Assembly (NCBI GenBank): GCA_964468805.1
Contig: CAYXWM010000001.1
Location: 3,508-67,507 of the forward strand
Reading direction: 5' to 3'
Length of the DNA: 64,000 nucleotides
Source: an uncultured Defluviitaleaceae bacterium
GTDB taxonomy: Bacteria > Bacillota > Clostridia > Lachnospirales > WRBF01
This document shows positions 41,258-50,800 of this stretch, piece by piece. The stretch's first letter is position 1. Every line of letters begins with the position of its first letter. Made by a program: the position numbers and the translations under genes. The notes beneath the pieces are model-generated. The model saw nothing but the letters and a program-made list of their open reading frames with translations. It was not told where the DNA came from and searched no databases.

Positions 41258-43498
41258 ATGACCGGGTTTAATACCAATATGCCCCAAATGGAAATAAATT
41301 TAGCCCTTTATGGGATGCCTTATATGGATCAATGGGAATTTATTGACGATTTTATGATTGTCTTGGATTGTTCTCTCTTTTACTACTACAAGCATCATCA
41401 ATGGACAGGTCTCGATAATAATTTGCAGAACATGCTTGGGCTGGCGGTTTCAAGACAGGAATTTGAAATAAACCTTATAAAAGCCGGTGAAAGCGTAGTT
41501 GGAATAAATCTTGAAGACGATGAAATAACGGATTTGGAATGCCGATTTGACTATATTTTGTCAAGGGTAAATGCAACTCTTACCGCAGTTAAGACGGATT
41601 CGACTTATAAACTGCAGTTAACGGAAGTAATACGTAAATTCAAATTGGATAAGTTCACAATATTCTGTTTTATGCTAAGTTTAGTCGTAACCTTGGACAG
41701 GAAATATGAAAAAATATTTTCCTACTTACAGGACGACATTACCTTGAAATATCCCATTGCAGAAACAGCGATAAAACTGTTCGCAACGCAGGGAACTCTT
41801 TTGGCGTCATACTTAAATTATTTTAGTCACAATGAATCTTTGATGAAATTTCTGTTTGAAAAGAATTACTCACATTCGGATTTTTTAAATACACCCATAA
41901 AAATTAATAAACGGATTTTATCATTTATAACTCGGCCCCACAGATATGAGCAATTACCTGTATACATGAAGGTTGTAAAAGCAGAATTTAGGGGCAGGTT
42001 TATAGATGACATATATTCAAAAAGAATAAAAGAAGTTATAGATATATACGGTGCCGAAGGTGAAGAGCATGGGTTTTGTAAAGCATTCGTTTTTATTAGC
42101 GGTGCTCCCGGAAGCGGTAAATTCTATAGAATAGAAAAGGCTTTATCGGATATAGGTAAAGATATTATCATGATTGACTCTAAAACATTTTTAGAGGAAG
42201 AGGGTAGCATAGAAGACAAAATTTCCTCCGTAATCACGGAAAAGGTCCTAACCGAAGGAGTCCTGATATTCAAAAATTTTGAAGCGTTTAATGAGGAAGC
42301 CCATAAAAGTGAATTAAAGCATTTGATTGCATCTTTGGAAAATAACACTGAATTTACAGGGGCTATGATTTTGTTTTTATCTGCTCATGCTTTTACTTTA
42401 CGTGATATTTGCTCATTTTCAATTGTCGAGATTAACATAGATAAACTTACGGAAGAAAAAAGACTTGAATTTTGGATAATGTATGCTTCGGATATGAAAT
42501 ATGATGAAAGCATTGATTTTACGGAACTTTCTTCGAAGTTCGAGTTTACACCGGAGCAGATTGTAAAAAGCATAAGGCAAAGTGAAACCCATAGGCTTTT
42601 ATACAAAATGGACTTTGTCCATACGGAACTGCTTCACAAATGCTGTTACAGTCAGGCAGTAATCAAACTTAGTGACCTGGCAGTGAAAATTAATCCTGCC
42701 CATACTTGGGAAGATCTTATACTTCCTAAAGAACAGATTGAACTTTTGAAGGATGCCTGTTCACACATAAAATATAAACACAAGGTATATAACCAATGGG
42801 GATTAAGTAATAAGGTATCATACGGTAAGGGTTTATCAATGCTCTTTTCCGGTCCGCCGGGTACGGGTAAAACTATGGCGGCACAAATTGTTGCAAAACA
42901 TTTACATATGGAAATTTACAAAATACGTCTGTCACAAGTTGTCAGCAAATACATAGGAGAAACCGAAAAAAACCTGCAAAAAATTTTTACCGAGGCACAG
43001 GGAGCCAATTGTATTTTATTTTTTGATGAAACAGATGCACTTTTCGGAAAGCGTTCGGAAGTGAAGGACTCCCACGATAGGCACGCCAACATTGAAACAG
43101 CATTTCTTCTGCAACAAACAGAGGAATATGAAGGCGTAATTCTAATGGCAACAAACTTGCTTCAAAACATTGATGAGGCTTTTATGAGAAGGATAAACTT
43201 TGTTATTAACTTCCCATTTCCCACACATGAGGTTAGAAAAGAAATTTGGGAAAACTTCCTCAGCACCGGTATGCCGGTTGAAGATGATGTGGATTTGGAT
43301 TTTTTATCCAAACAGTTTCAGGTTTCCGGAGGCTCAATCAAGAATATAGTGGTTCATGCCGCATTTTTGGCTGCTGCTGAGGGCATAAAAATCGATATGA
43401 GACTGCTGCTTAAAAGCGCATTGTATGAAGTCAGGAAAAATAACCAAATTGTTTTGAAGGAAGATTTAAAACAATATACGGATTTGGTTTTTGGCTAA
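41258..43498 (+). CDS. eCIS AAA+ ATPase (Afp15/Pvc15-like)
   Basis: YLQDD N-terminal motif, WEDLILP, GPPGTGKTMAA, VVSKYIGETEKNL, FFDETDALFGKRSEVKDSHDRHAN, IDEAFMRR. Confidence 0.93.
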   Translation: MTGFNTNMPQMEINLALYGMPYMDQWEFIDDFMIVLDCSLFYYYKHHQWTGLDNNLQNMLGLAVSRQEFEINLIKAGESVVGINLEDDEITDLECRFDYILSRVNATLTAVKTDSTYKLQLTEVIRKFKLDKFTIFCFMLSLVVTLDRKYEKIFSYLQDDITLKYPIAETAIKLFATQGTLLASYLNYFSHNESLMKFLFEKNYSHSDFLNTPIKINKRILSFITRPHRYEQLPVYMKVVKAEFRGRFIDDIYSKRIKEVIDIYGAEGEEHGFCKAFVFISGAPGSGKFYRIEKALSDIGKDIIMIDSKTFLEEEGSIEDKISSVITEKVLTEGVLIFKNFEAFNEEAHKSELKHLIASLENNTEFTGAMILFLSAHAFTLRDICSFSIVEINIDKLTEEKRLEFWIMYASDMKYDESIDFTELSSKFEFTPEQIVKSIRQSETHRLLYKMDFVHTELLHKCCYSQAVIKLSDLAVKINPAHTWEDLILPKEQIELLKDACSHIKYKHKVYNQWGLSNKVSYGKGLSMLFSGPPGTGKTMAAQIVAKHLHMEIYKIRLSQVVSKYIGETEKNLQKIFTEAQGANCILFFDETDALFGKRSEVKDSHDRHANIETAFLLQQTEEYEGVILMATNLLQNIDEAFMRRINFVINFPFPTHEVRKEIWENFLSTGMPVEDDVDLDFLSKQFQVSGGSIKNIVVHAAFLAAAEGIKIDMRLLLKSALYEVRKNNQIVLKEDLKQYTDLVFG

Positions 43499-43634
43499 GG
43501 CGACGTAATGAAAATATGCAACTCTTCAGAATATTCATATTTTCAAAAGTAGAGTTATTATAAAATTTCATTTGAAGGGAGGGACGATTCCCGGTCGGTT
43601 GTAATACTGTGCCGTAACGGGGATTGGAAAACAG

Positions 43635-45452
43635 ATGCCGGAATATTTATCTCCCGGGGTTTACGTTGAAGAGTACGAATCGGGTGCGGTGGCAATGGAA
43701 GGTGTCAGCACCAGTACCGCCGGTTTTATAGGTCTAGCTGAAAAAGGTCCCGTAGTAGGCAGACCGGTATTTTTAACCGGTTTCAGTGACTATATGCGTG
43801 TGTTTGGTTCATTTTTGCCTGAATCAAAATATGGTATGAACAGATTTCTGCCAAACGCAGTTGAGCATTTCTTTATAAACGGCGGAGCCAGATGTTTCGT
43901 AATGCGTGTAGCCCCAAAAGATGCAAAAACTGCAAAGGGAAGTACAACTCAAATTCTTAGTTTTGAAGCGAAAAACCCCGGTGAATGGGGTAATCGAATT
44001 AAAATTTGTATAACTCCTGCTTCAAGACAAAAAACGCAAGTACTTGAAGCTGACGGCAGCGAAATTACAGTTAAAAACGCCGATGGGATTTATGCCGGCG
44101 ACATAGTTATGTTTGATGACGGTTTTAAACCTACCTACAACAAGGTGCTGTCTGTTCAAGGTAAGGACATAACTTTTGAAAACCCCGTGGATACATCAAT
44201 TGTGGATAAAAATATCATCCCAAAAAAATTCTTGAGAACATGCGAAATGAATATAAGCATAATGTATGAAGATCAGAAAGAGGATTATCCGTTTGTAACA
44301 CTCAACGATTTATCAGCCGACTATGTATGCTCAAGATTAGACAAAAGCGAGTTAATAAACGTTAAGGCTCAAGAAGTTAAATTAACCCAAATTCAAAAAA
44401 CCGAGCCTCCTAAAGACAAAAAGAACGAAAAAGAAGGCGAAGCGGCTGAAACTGCACCCACACCCACACCGCCTACACCGGCACCAACAACGTCCCGTCT
44501 TCTGCCGCCGTATGAACTGGCCTGTGGTCAGGAAACAGTATTTAACTTGACATTGTCAGACGGAAGCGAAGGATCGGTAAGCTCCGTAAGTGCCGCAGAC
44601 TTTGTGGGTGCTGATGTCGGACCCGGAAAAAGAACAGGCATACAGAGCTATATAGAGGTTGACAACGTTAATATTATGGCTGTGCCCGGTGTGACTATGC
44701 CTGATGTTCAGCTTTCCCTTGTGGCTCATTGTGAAAATACAAAAAGCAGGTTTGCCGTGCTTGATATGCCGAGAAACAAAGAAAAGGTGGACGAGCTTCT
44801 TGCGTATAGAGATATGTTTGATACATCCTATTCGGCAATGTATCATCCTTGGATAGAGACCTTAGATCCTCTGTCAAAGCGAAGTGCATACATGCCTCCA
44901 TCAGGAGCCATGGCAGGAATTTACGCCAGAACAGACATAAATATAGGGGTACATAAGGCTCCTGCCAACGAAGTTGTAAGAGCTTGCACAGGACTTGAGT
45001 ATAACTACAATACCGGAGAGCAAGATATGCTCAATCCAAAAGGCGTAAACCTTATACGTTCGTTTCCCGGCAGAGGAGTTAGGGTTTGGGGTGCCAGAAC
45101 GCTTTCTTCAAACGCTACATGGAAGTATGTAAATGTCAGAAGGCTTTTCATCTTCCTTGAGGAATCCATAAAAGCAAATACAAATTGGGTTGTTTTCGAA
45201 CCAAATTCGGAGGCTCTTTGGATTAGGGTAAAGCGTTCCGTGGAAATGTTCCTGACTACCGTTTGGGGTAGCGGTGCCCTAGCCGGAACTACTCCCGAAC
45301 AAGCATTCTTTGTAGATATAGGCAGAAACACAATGACTCAGGATGATCTTGATAACGGTAGGCTTATTTGTGTAATCGGTGTTGCACCTGTAAAGCCGGC
45401 AGAGTTTGTAATATTCAGAATCGGACAGTATACAGCCGATTCAAATGCTTAA
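43635..45452 (+). CDS. Contractile tail sheath protein
   Basis: YLSPGVYVEE, PPSG..AG, GVHKAPANE, RVWGARTL, YVNVRR, WVVFEPN, APVKPAEF. Confidence 0.96.
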   Translation: MPEYLSPGVYVEEYESGAVAMEGVSTSTAGFIGLAEKGPVVGRPVFLTGFSDYMRVFGSFLPESKYGMNRFLPNAVEHFFINGGARCFVMRVAPKDAKTAKGSTTQILSFEAKNPGEWGNRIKICITPASRQKTQVLEADGSEITVKNADGIYAGDIVMFDDGFKPTYNKVLSVQGKDITFENPVDTSIVDKNIIPKKFLRTCEMNISIMYEDQKEDYPFVTLNDLSADYVCSRLDKSELINVKAQEVKLTQIQKTEPPKDKKNEKEGEAAETAPTPTPPTPAPTTSRLLPPYELACGQETVFNLTLSDGSEGSVSSVSAADFVGADVGPGKRTGIQSYIEVDNVNIMAVPGVTMPDVQLSLVAHCENTKSRFAVLDMPRNKEKVDELLAYRDMFDTSYSAMYHPWIETLDPLSKRSAYMPPSGAMAGIYARTDINIGVHKAPANEVVRACTGLEYNYNTGEQDMLNPKGVNLIRSFPGRGVRVWGARTLSSNATWKYVNVRRLFIFLEESIKANTNWVVFEPNSEALWIRVKRSVEMFLTTVWGSGALAGTTPEQAFFVDIGRNTMTQDDLDNGRLICVIGVAPVKPAEFVIFRIGQYTADSNA

Positions 45453-45506
45453 GAAGATATGCTTAATACCGGACATATTTGCATTCATATAGATTAAACA
45501 GAACAG

Positions 45507-45541
45507 AACTCATAACTCAAAACTCATAACTCATAACTTAC
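45507..45541. repeat. Heptamer tandem repeat, 5 units
   Basis: AACTCAT AACTCAA AACTCAT AACTCAT AACTTAC. Confidence 0.8.
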
Positions 45542-45574
45542 GGAGACATATGCTTTGATATAGGCTTAAAAAAT

Positions 45575-45605
45575 GAGTTCGATGAAAGTAAGTTTCATCG
45601 AACTC
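45575..45605. repeat. Perfect 13-bp hairpin between sheath and tube genes
   Basis: GAGTTCGATGAAA-gtaag-TTTCATCGAACTC. Confidence 0.8.
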
Positions 45606-45748
45606 TTGATAATATTACTGTGTTTTGCTTACTACCATGCAAACCGTATTTATAACGTAAAGATTCTTAAGGAATTTAATTTTATACGCATATTGACAGA
45701 CTGCGAGGTACTCACGTTTAAATATAAAGGAAAGAAGGGATTAAATCC

Positions 45749-46243
45749 ATGGCTGTTCCAATAAGATACCCTTATAAAAACTTCAGGTTTAAAGTGGAAT
45801 TCGACGGTACAGAAAGTGCCGGGTTTTCGGAAGTTTCCGGCGGAGATATTTCCGTAGATATAATTGAATACAGAGAAGGCAGCGAAATTAGGACAACCCC
45901 AAGAAAGTTGGCGGGTCTAACAAAATACGGCAACATAACTCTTAAATGGGGAGTTATAGGTACTATGGAAATGATGGAATGGCTTCATGCTGTTTCATCG
46001 GATAATGCGGCGGGACCTACCGGTATAGCCAGAAAAAACCTTGTTATTAAACTTATGGATGAAACAGGCGCAGAAGCCGGTCCTTCATGGGAAGTAATAA
46101 ATGCTTGGCCAAGCCATTATACAGGACCGGACCTTAACGCTATGGGCTCGGAAGTTGCAATTGAAACTCTTGAAATAGCTCATGAGGGTATTTGGAGAGT
46201 TGACGGCGGAGCTGTTGACTCGGCTACGGCTTCAACAGTTTAG
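45749..46243 (+). CDS. Tail tube protein (T4 gp19-like, Afp1/5 class)
   Basis: PYKNFRFKVE, GFSEVSG, IEYREG, KYGNITLKWG, AWP, VAIETLEIAHEG. Confidence 0.95.
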   Translation: MAVPIRYPYKNFRFKVEFDGTESAGFSEVSGGDISVDIIEYREGSEIRTTPRKLAGLTKYGNITLKWGVIGTMEMMEWLHAVSSDNAAGPTGIARKNLVIKLMDETGAEAGPSWEVINAWPSHYTGPDLNAMGSEVAIETLEIAHEGIWRVDGGAVDSATASTV

Positions 46244-46391
46244 TTCCGGACGAAAATTTCGTTTTTTAGTTTAATACGCTTTGGTTTTACTTGTACTTAG
46301 GCTTGTTAACGTTTCATTATAATTATGGCACAAATTTAGTGTTATGGCGGTAATAATTATCCGTCATAACACTGAGAAAAGGACTGATATT

Positions 46392-46760
46392 ATGAATGAA
46401 TTTCAAACGGAGTTCGAATTTACGCTTCCCAGAGGGTACTTGGATTCTAACGGTGAATTGCACAGAAACGGCGTAATGAGGCTTGCCACAGCTGCTGATG
46501 AGATACTTCCCATGAGGGACCCGAGAGTGAACCAAAACCCGGGTTACCTTACGATTATTCTTCTTTCCAGAGTAATAACCAAGCTGGGTGATCTTCCTTC
46601 GGTGAACAACAAAATAATTGAAAATATGTTTACAGCAGATTTAGCCTTTTTGCAAGATTTGTACCAAAGGATAAATGTTTCCGATGTACAGGGTTTTAAG
46701 GTTGTATGCCCAAAATGCGAGCATGAATTTGAGGTGCCCTTTGATTTTTTGACGGAGTAG
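46392..46760 (+). CDS. Tail assembly chaperone-like protein (short form)
   Basis: TEFEFTLPRGYLD, MRLATAADEI, DLAFLQDLY..IN, CPKC; directly after tube gene. Confidence 0.85.
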   Translation: MNEFQTEFEFTLPRGYLDSNGELHRNGVMRLATAADEILPMRDPRVNQNPGYLTIILLSRVITKLGDLPSVNNKIIENMFTADLAFLQDLYQRINVSDVQGFKVVCPKCEHEFEVPFDFLTE

Positions 46761-46945
46761 AGCTTTCTCTTTATCCGGAGGACCGTATTTATGAGGAAGC
46801 TGCTTTTCTTGGGTATTATCTTCATTGGCCTCATTCCCAGATTATGGCTCTTGACCATAAGGAGCGTCGACGTTGGTGTAATGAGATATCAAAAATAAAC
46901 AAGAAATTATCGGGAAAAACCGAAAAGAGTATATTCGACATTTAA
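46745..46945 (+). CDS. DUF6760-like ORF, probable -1 frameshift extension of the tail chaperone (not in ORF track)
   Basis: -1 frame reads FFDGVELSLYPEDRIYEEAAFLGYYLHWPHSQIMALDHKERRRWCNEISKINKK...; no start codon before the conserved part; opens at slippery TTTTTTG. Confidence 0.8.
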   Translation, partial: FFDGVELSLYPEDRIYEEAAFLGYYLHWPHSQIMALDHKERRRWCNEISKINKKLSGKTEKSIFDI

Positions 46946-47153
46946 ACTACTTCTAATAAAACATAGAAAGTTCGTATTTGTGGAATTTGAGCGACCGGTC
47001 CGTTTACGAAGTTTACCGAAAACGGCATAGGAACGAAAGACCATAATGCACTGCATTTTCTGTACATTCGAAAGAACGGGTATTAGAGCCTATTCCTTTT
47101 AATTTTTATTAGGGATAGACTCTGAATTTAACCTATGTGGTTGGGGTGATAAT

Positions 47154-47807
47154 TTGAGTAAACAAAGGATTAACGTAAATGAATATTATGAATTAATGAA
47201 ATCCCGTGGCTCAAATTCCGCAAATGTATGGGTTATGCCGGAATATAACAATGCATACGGCAAACCGCTTTACGGGAAATACAGAAAACAAGTTGCTCCC
47301 AATAATAAAAAAACTGACTCACCCAAACCTGCATCAAAGCCGGTAAAGAGCAACATCAATTGGAAAGCACCATCAGATTCTGCTAATGAGCTACCCATTA
47401 ACAACTGCTTTAAGGTTTTTGTCTCTGACATAAAGGAAGAAGCAGGAAATTTTCAAAGAATATCAGGTCTTGGTAAAAGAGCTGTGTATGAAAAGTTTAA
47501 AGAAGGCGGAAAAAACTCCGAAATGTATTTTGTGTCCCATTTCGAGTATTCAAATTTGGTTTTGGAAAGAGCTAACCGTATTTCCGACCCCTTATATAAA
47601 TGGATTGAGGAAGCGGAAAACGGCATTATGCTTCCGCATAATATAACGATTACTCTCTACAAGGACGGTAAAGTGATATACTCGTGGTTCGTTAGGGATG
47701 CATTACCGGTTTCTATAGAGTTTATGGAGTTGGACGCTACTGTTTCAAGTATCCTTATATCAAAGATAGAGTTTGCCCATAGGGGTATAAGTATGTTTTC
47801 GGAATAG
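47154..47807 (+). CDS. Second tail tube-like protein with N-terminal extension
   Basis: FQRISGL, EGGKN, YSNLVLER, W....ALPV, IEFAHRG. Confidence 0.85.
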   Translation: MSKQRINVNEYYELMKSRGSNSANVWVMPEYNNAYGKPLYGKYRKQVAPNNKKTDSPKPASKPVKSNINWKAPSDSANELPINNCFKVFVSDIKEEAGNFQRISGLGKRAVYEKFKEGGKNSEMYFVSHFEYSNLVLERANRISDPLYKWIEEAENGIMLPHNITITLYKDGKVIYSWFVRDALPVSIEFMELDATVSSILISKIEFAHRGISMFSE

Positions 47808-47817
47808 GTGAAAAGTA

Positions 47818-50800
47818 ATGTTGAAATTATTCTCGGAAAATAAAAACAAAATAATTAAAACCACCCGAAAAGACATAGCTGTTTCCGATTGTAATTTTAT
47901 TGGGAAAACCGGCTTGTCCGGCAGAAATAATTTCGGAGAAAAAATACTTTCCAAGGCAAGTCCGGTTATTTCGGTTACCGGTTGGAACAGGATTTCGCTG
48001 TATTATTTTTTAGCCTATATTTCTCAATTTTCACATCCCGGTGTTATCAACAATATTGTTAATATAATCAACAAAAATTATATATTAAGCTATAATAATC
48101 GATTTTTAAGAGAATTTAATTCTCAAAACAATAGAATAAACTCTTATGTCTCTGTTTTTCCGGGCAATTTACCGGATTATCAAAAGCATAATTTAAAGAG
48201 CTTCACAAATTACAGTTCAAAGAGAATTTCAATAAACCATTTCAAAAATGAGCCTGAATTCCATAAAGGATTAAACGCATTTTCTTCGACAAAAACCTCT
48301 TATTTTGACTTGGAAAACAGCAACACAAACACTGATTCCAATACCCGAAACTTTAAATATCCCATTACCGAAGGTATAAATGTTTGGAAATATGTAACGG
48401 ATGTTTTTGGAAACTACGATAACATTTCCGAAGAAACTAAATCTAACTCAGTAAAGTACGAAAAAAAAAGTTTCACAGGCAAAAATGTTTTATCAAATTT
48501 TTTATACAGATATTTTCAACAGTTAAATTTAGCAAAGGACACCATCCCTGAATTAATTATAGGATACAATTCCGTAATTAAAGAGATTGAAAAGAATCTA
48601 CGATTTATAGCACATATAAATCATCAAAATGATTTTAATATATACCAAAATTTAAGACAGCAAAGCTCATTAATTGACTTATTTTCGAATAAACAAGATT
48701 ATTCGATAAATACCGGCAAAGTTTATAAAGATGTAACAGGGAAAATTTTTTCGCCGGAAAATAAGATAACCGGTAATTTAAGCCTTATAAAAAGATTTTT
48801 TGGCTTAAACTATAAAAATAATTCGATATTTAATTATGACGCAACTCCGGACCAAGAAAACATCCATCCGGGCATGTTAAACGAAAATAATAGCCTAAGC
48901 AATCTAAAAGAAATAATTATTGGTTTTAATCTTGGCAAGAAAATTAATCAAAAGTACCGGATGTACAATTCGTATGAAGATAATTTTCCGCAATTGAGAT
49001 CTAATAATTGGTTAAGTGCATTAATTTATAAACAAGCTGATAACTTTGTTAAGCAACCAAATACAAAAAGTCCGGTTAGCAATGCCGGTCAAAATTTCTA
49101 TTTAAGACGATTCTGCTTGAATAATCAAATGATTGATACAAACTCTATCGTAAAGGGTTGGTTGAATACCTTTATTCCTGAAACTGCTGATAGATTTATA
49201 AATAATTTCGACACAACAAAACCGGTGAGTAATATTTCAAGTCATAAAGTTTTAAAGCGTTACAACTTAACAAATCAAAAAAGAAACAAAAATAACTATT
49301 TACTTGATTTAAATCAAATGGATTATAACCACGCTATTAATAATGAAATAGCGTATAAGAATAGCTATGAGTTTGGCGAAAAAAATTCGATAGTCAATTT
49401 AGGGTTTAACCGAGGCAGTTATGAATCGGATATTGGATTAACAAAAAACAAGGCTAATAGTATAGATAGGCATAAAAAGATTATTTATCAAAATTTATAT
49501 ACATTAAATAAGTTTTCTTACGGAACTCACTTTACGGAAAATAAGGATACAGGATCTACAGCTAAGGATATAGGATACAACTTTCACAGCGCTATTAACC
49601 TTTTAAGTGATTCAAAAGCGGGAGCATACAAAACAACAGGGTTATATAACAAATTCTCAAAGCTCTACTTAAATAAATTCTCGGATGATAGAAATGGTTT
49701 TTATAAAACCGGTTCCGGGAACGAAAAACCTCTGATTCATATAGCTAAAATTTTCTTTAGAATGTTTTCCTTTAAGGCTTTATTTTCCGGTCTGAAGAAA
49801 CAATTCTTGTCATTAAACGAATTAGGGTCAACACAAAATGAAAAAAAGGTTTCGGGTGTTTTATTTAACAAAGAAATTAATCTCAATGCGGTTTCTAATA
49901 AAGAAGAAAAAGAATATTCATATTTATCAAGTTGGTACGAAGTAGCCTACAAAGATTATCTGTCCAATCAAAGCTTTACTGCTTTAAAAGAAGCCGAAAC
50001 AACAAAAAGAAAACAGTCGTTAGGTCTTAACTTTAATTTTTTACCGGCACAGGCAAAGTCTTTTCAAAATCTGTCTGCAAAAAAATATTTTTCCGGAATA
50101 AATGTGATAACCGGTAATAGAAATGCCTTTTTTGTACTAAAATCTGTTACAAATTCGAATGATTATTTAACAAATAACCGCTTAAAACAAAACTTTAAAT
50201 CAAATTCTGCAGGAATTAGAGCATTTAATTCAATACATCCGGAACAAAAAAATGGTTACATAAAGCCTGTAAGCGGTTTAAGTTCAATTTTTGATACGTT
50301 TTTTAAAATTATAAAATTATCAAGTTGGAACGAAATTTATAAAGAAAATCCCTTTACAGAAAGCTATGTTGTTTTGAATGAACATAAAATATCAAAAATA
50401 AATAAACCGGCGAGTCATAACATTAAGTTCTTGCAAGTGTGGAAAAATCTTAGACAGAATCTTTCTGAAACTAAAAATGTAAATAAAATAAACGGGATAA
50501 TCGGTAATCAAAACACCGTTTATAAACCAAATATTATTACAAAACCCAATGTTTATTTGAAAAACAGTATCTCCAATCCAATCCTACAACAAGAAAATAT
50601 TTCTACAGACTTAAAACAAAGCTTTACAGCATATTGGAAATGGTTTAACGCATCAAATGCAAGGCATAATTCGGAACCGGAGCTTAATAGCATAACAAAG
50701 GTTAACGATTCAAGTAGGATTGTCGCTAAAGGTTTTAATAAGTATATAAATTTATCAAGTTGGAACGAAGTTAACAAAGAGTACCCTTTCAAAAAAAGCT

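Noticed and set aside
45507-45541. CRISPR array
   Set aside because: Contiguous 7-bp units without spacers; no cas genes and no repeat-spacer array seen in the window
45573-45764. 63-aa ORF between sheath and tube
   Set aside because: Runs across a hairpin/repeat element, lacks an SD and overlaps the tube start out of frame
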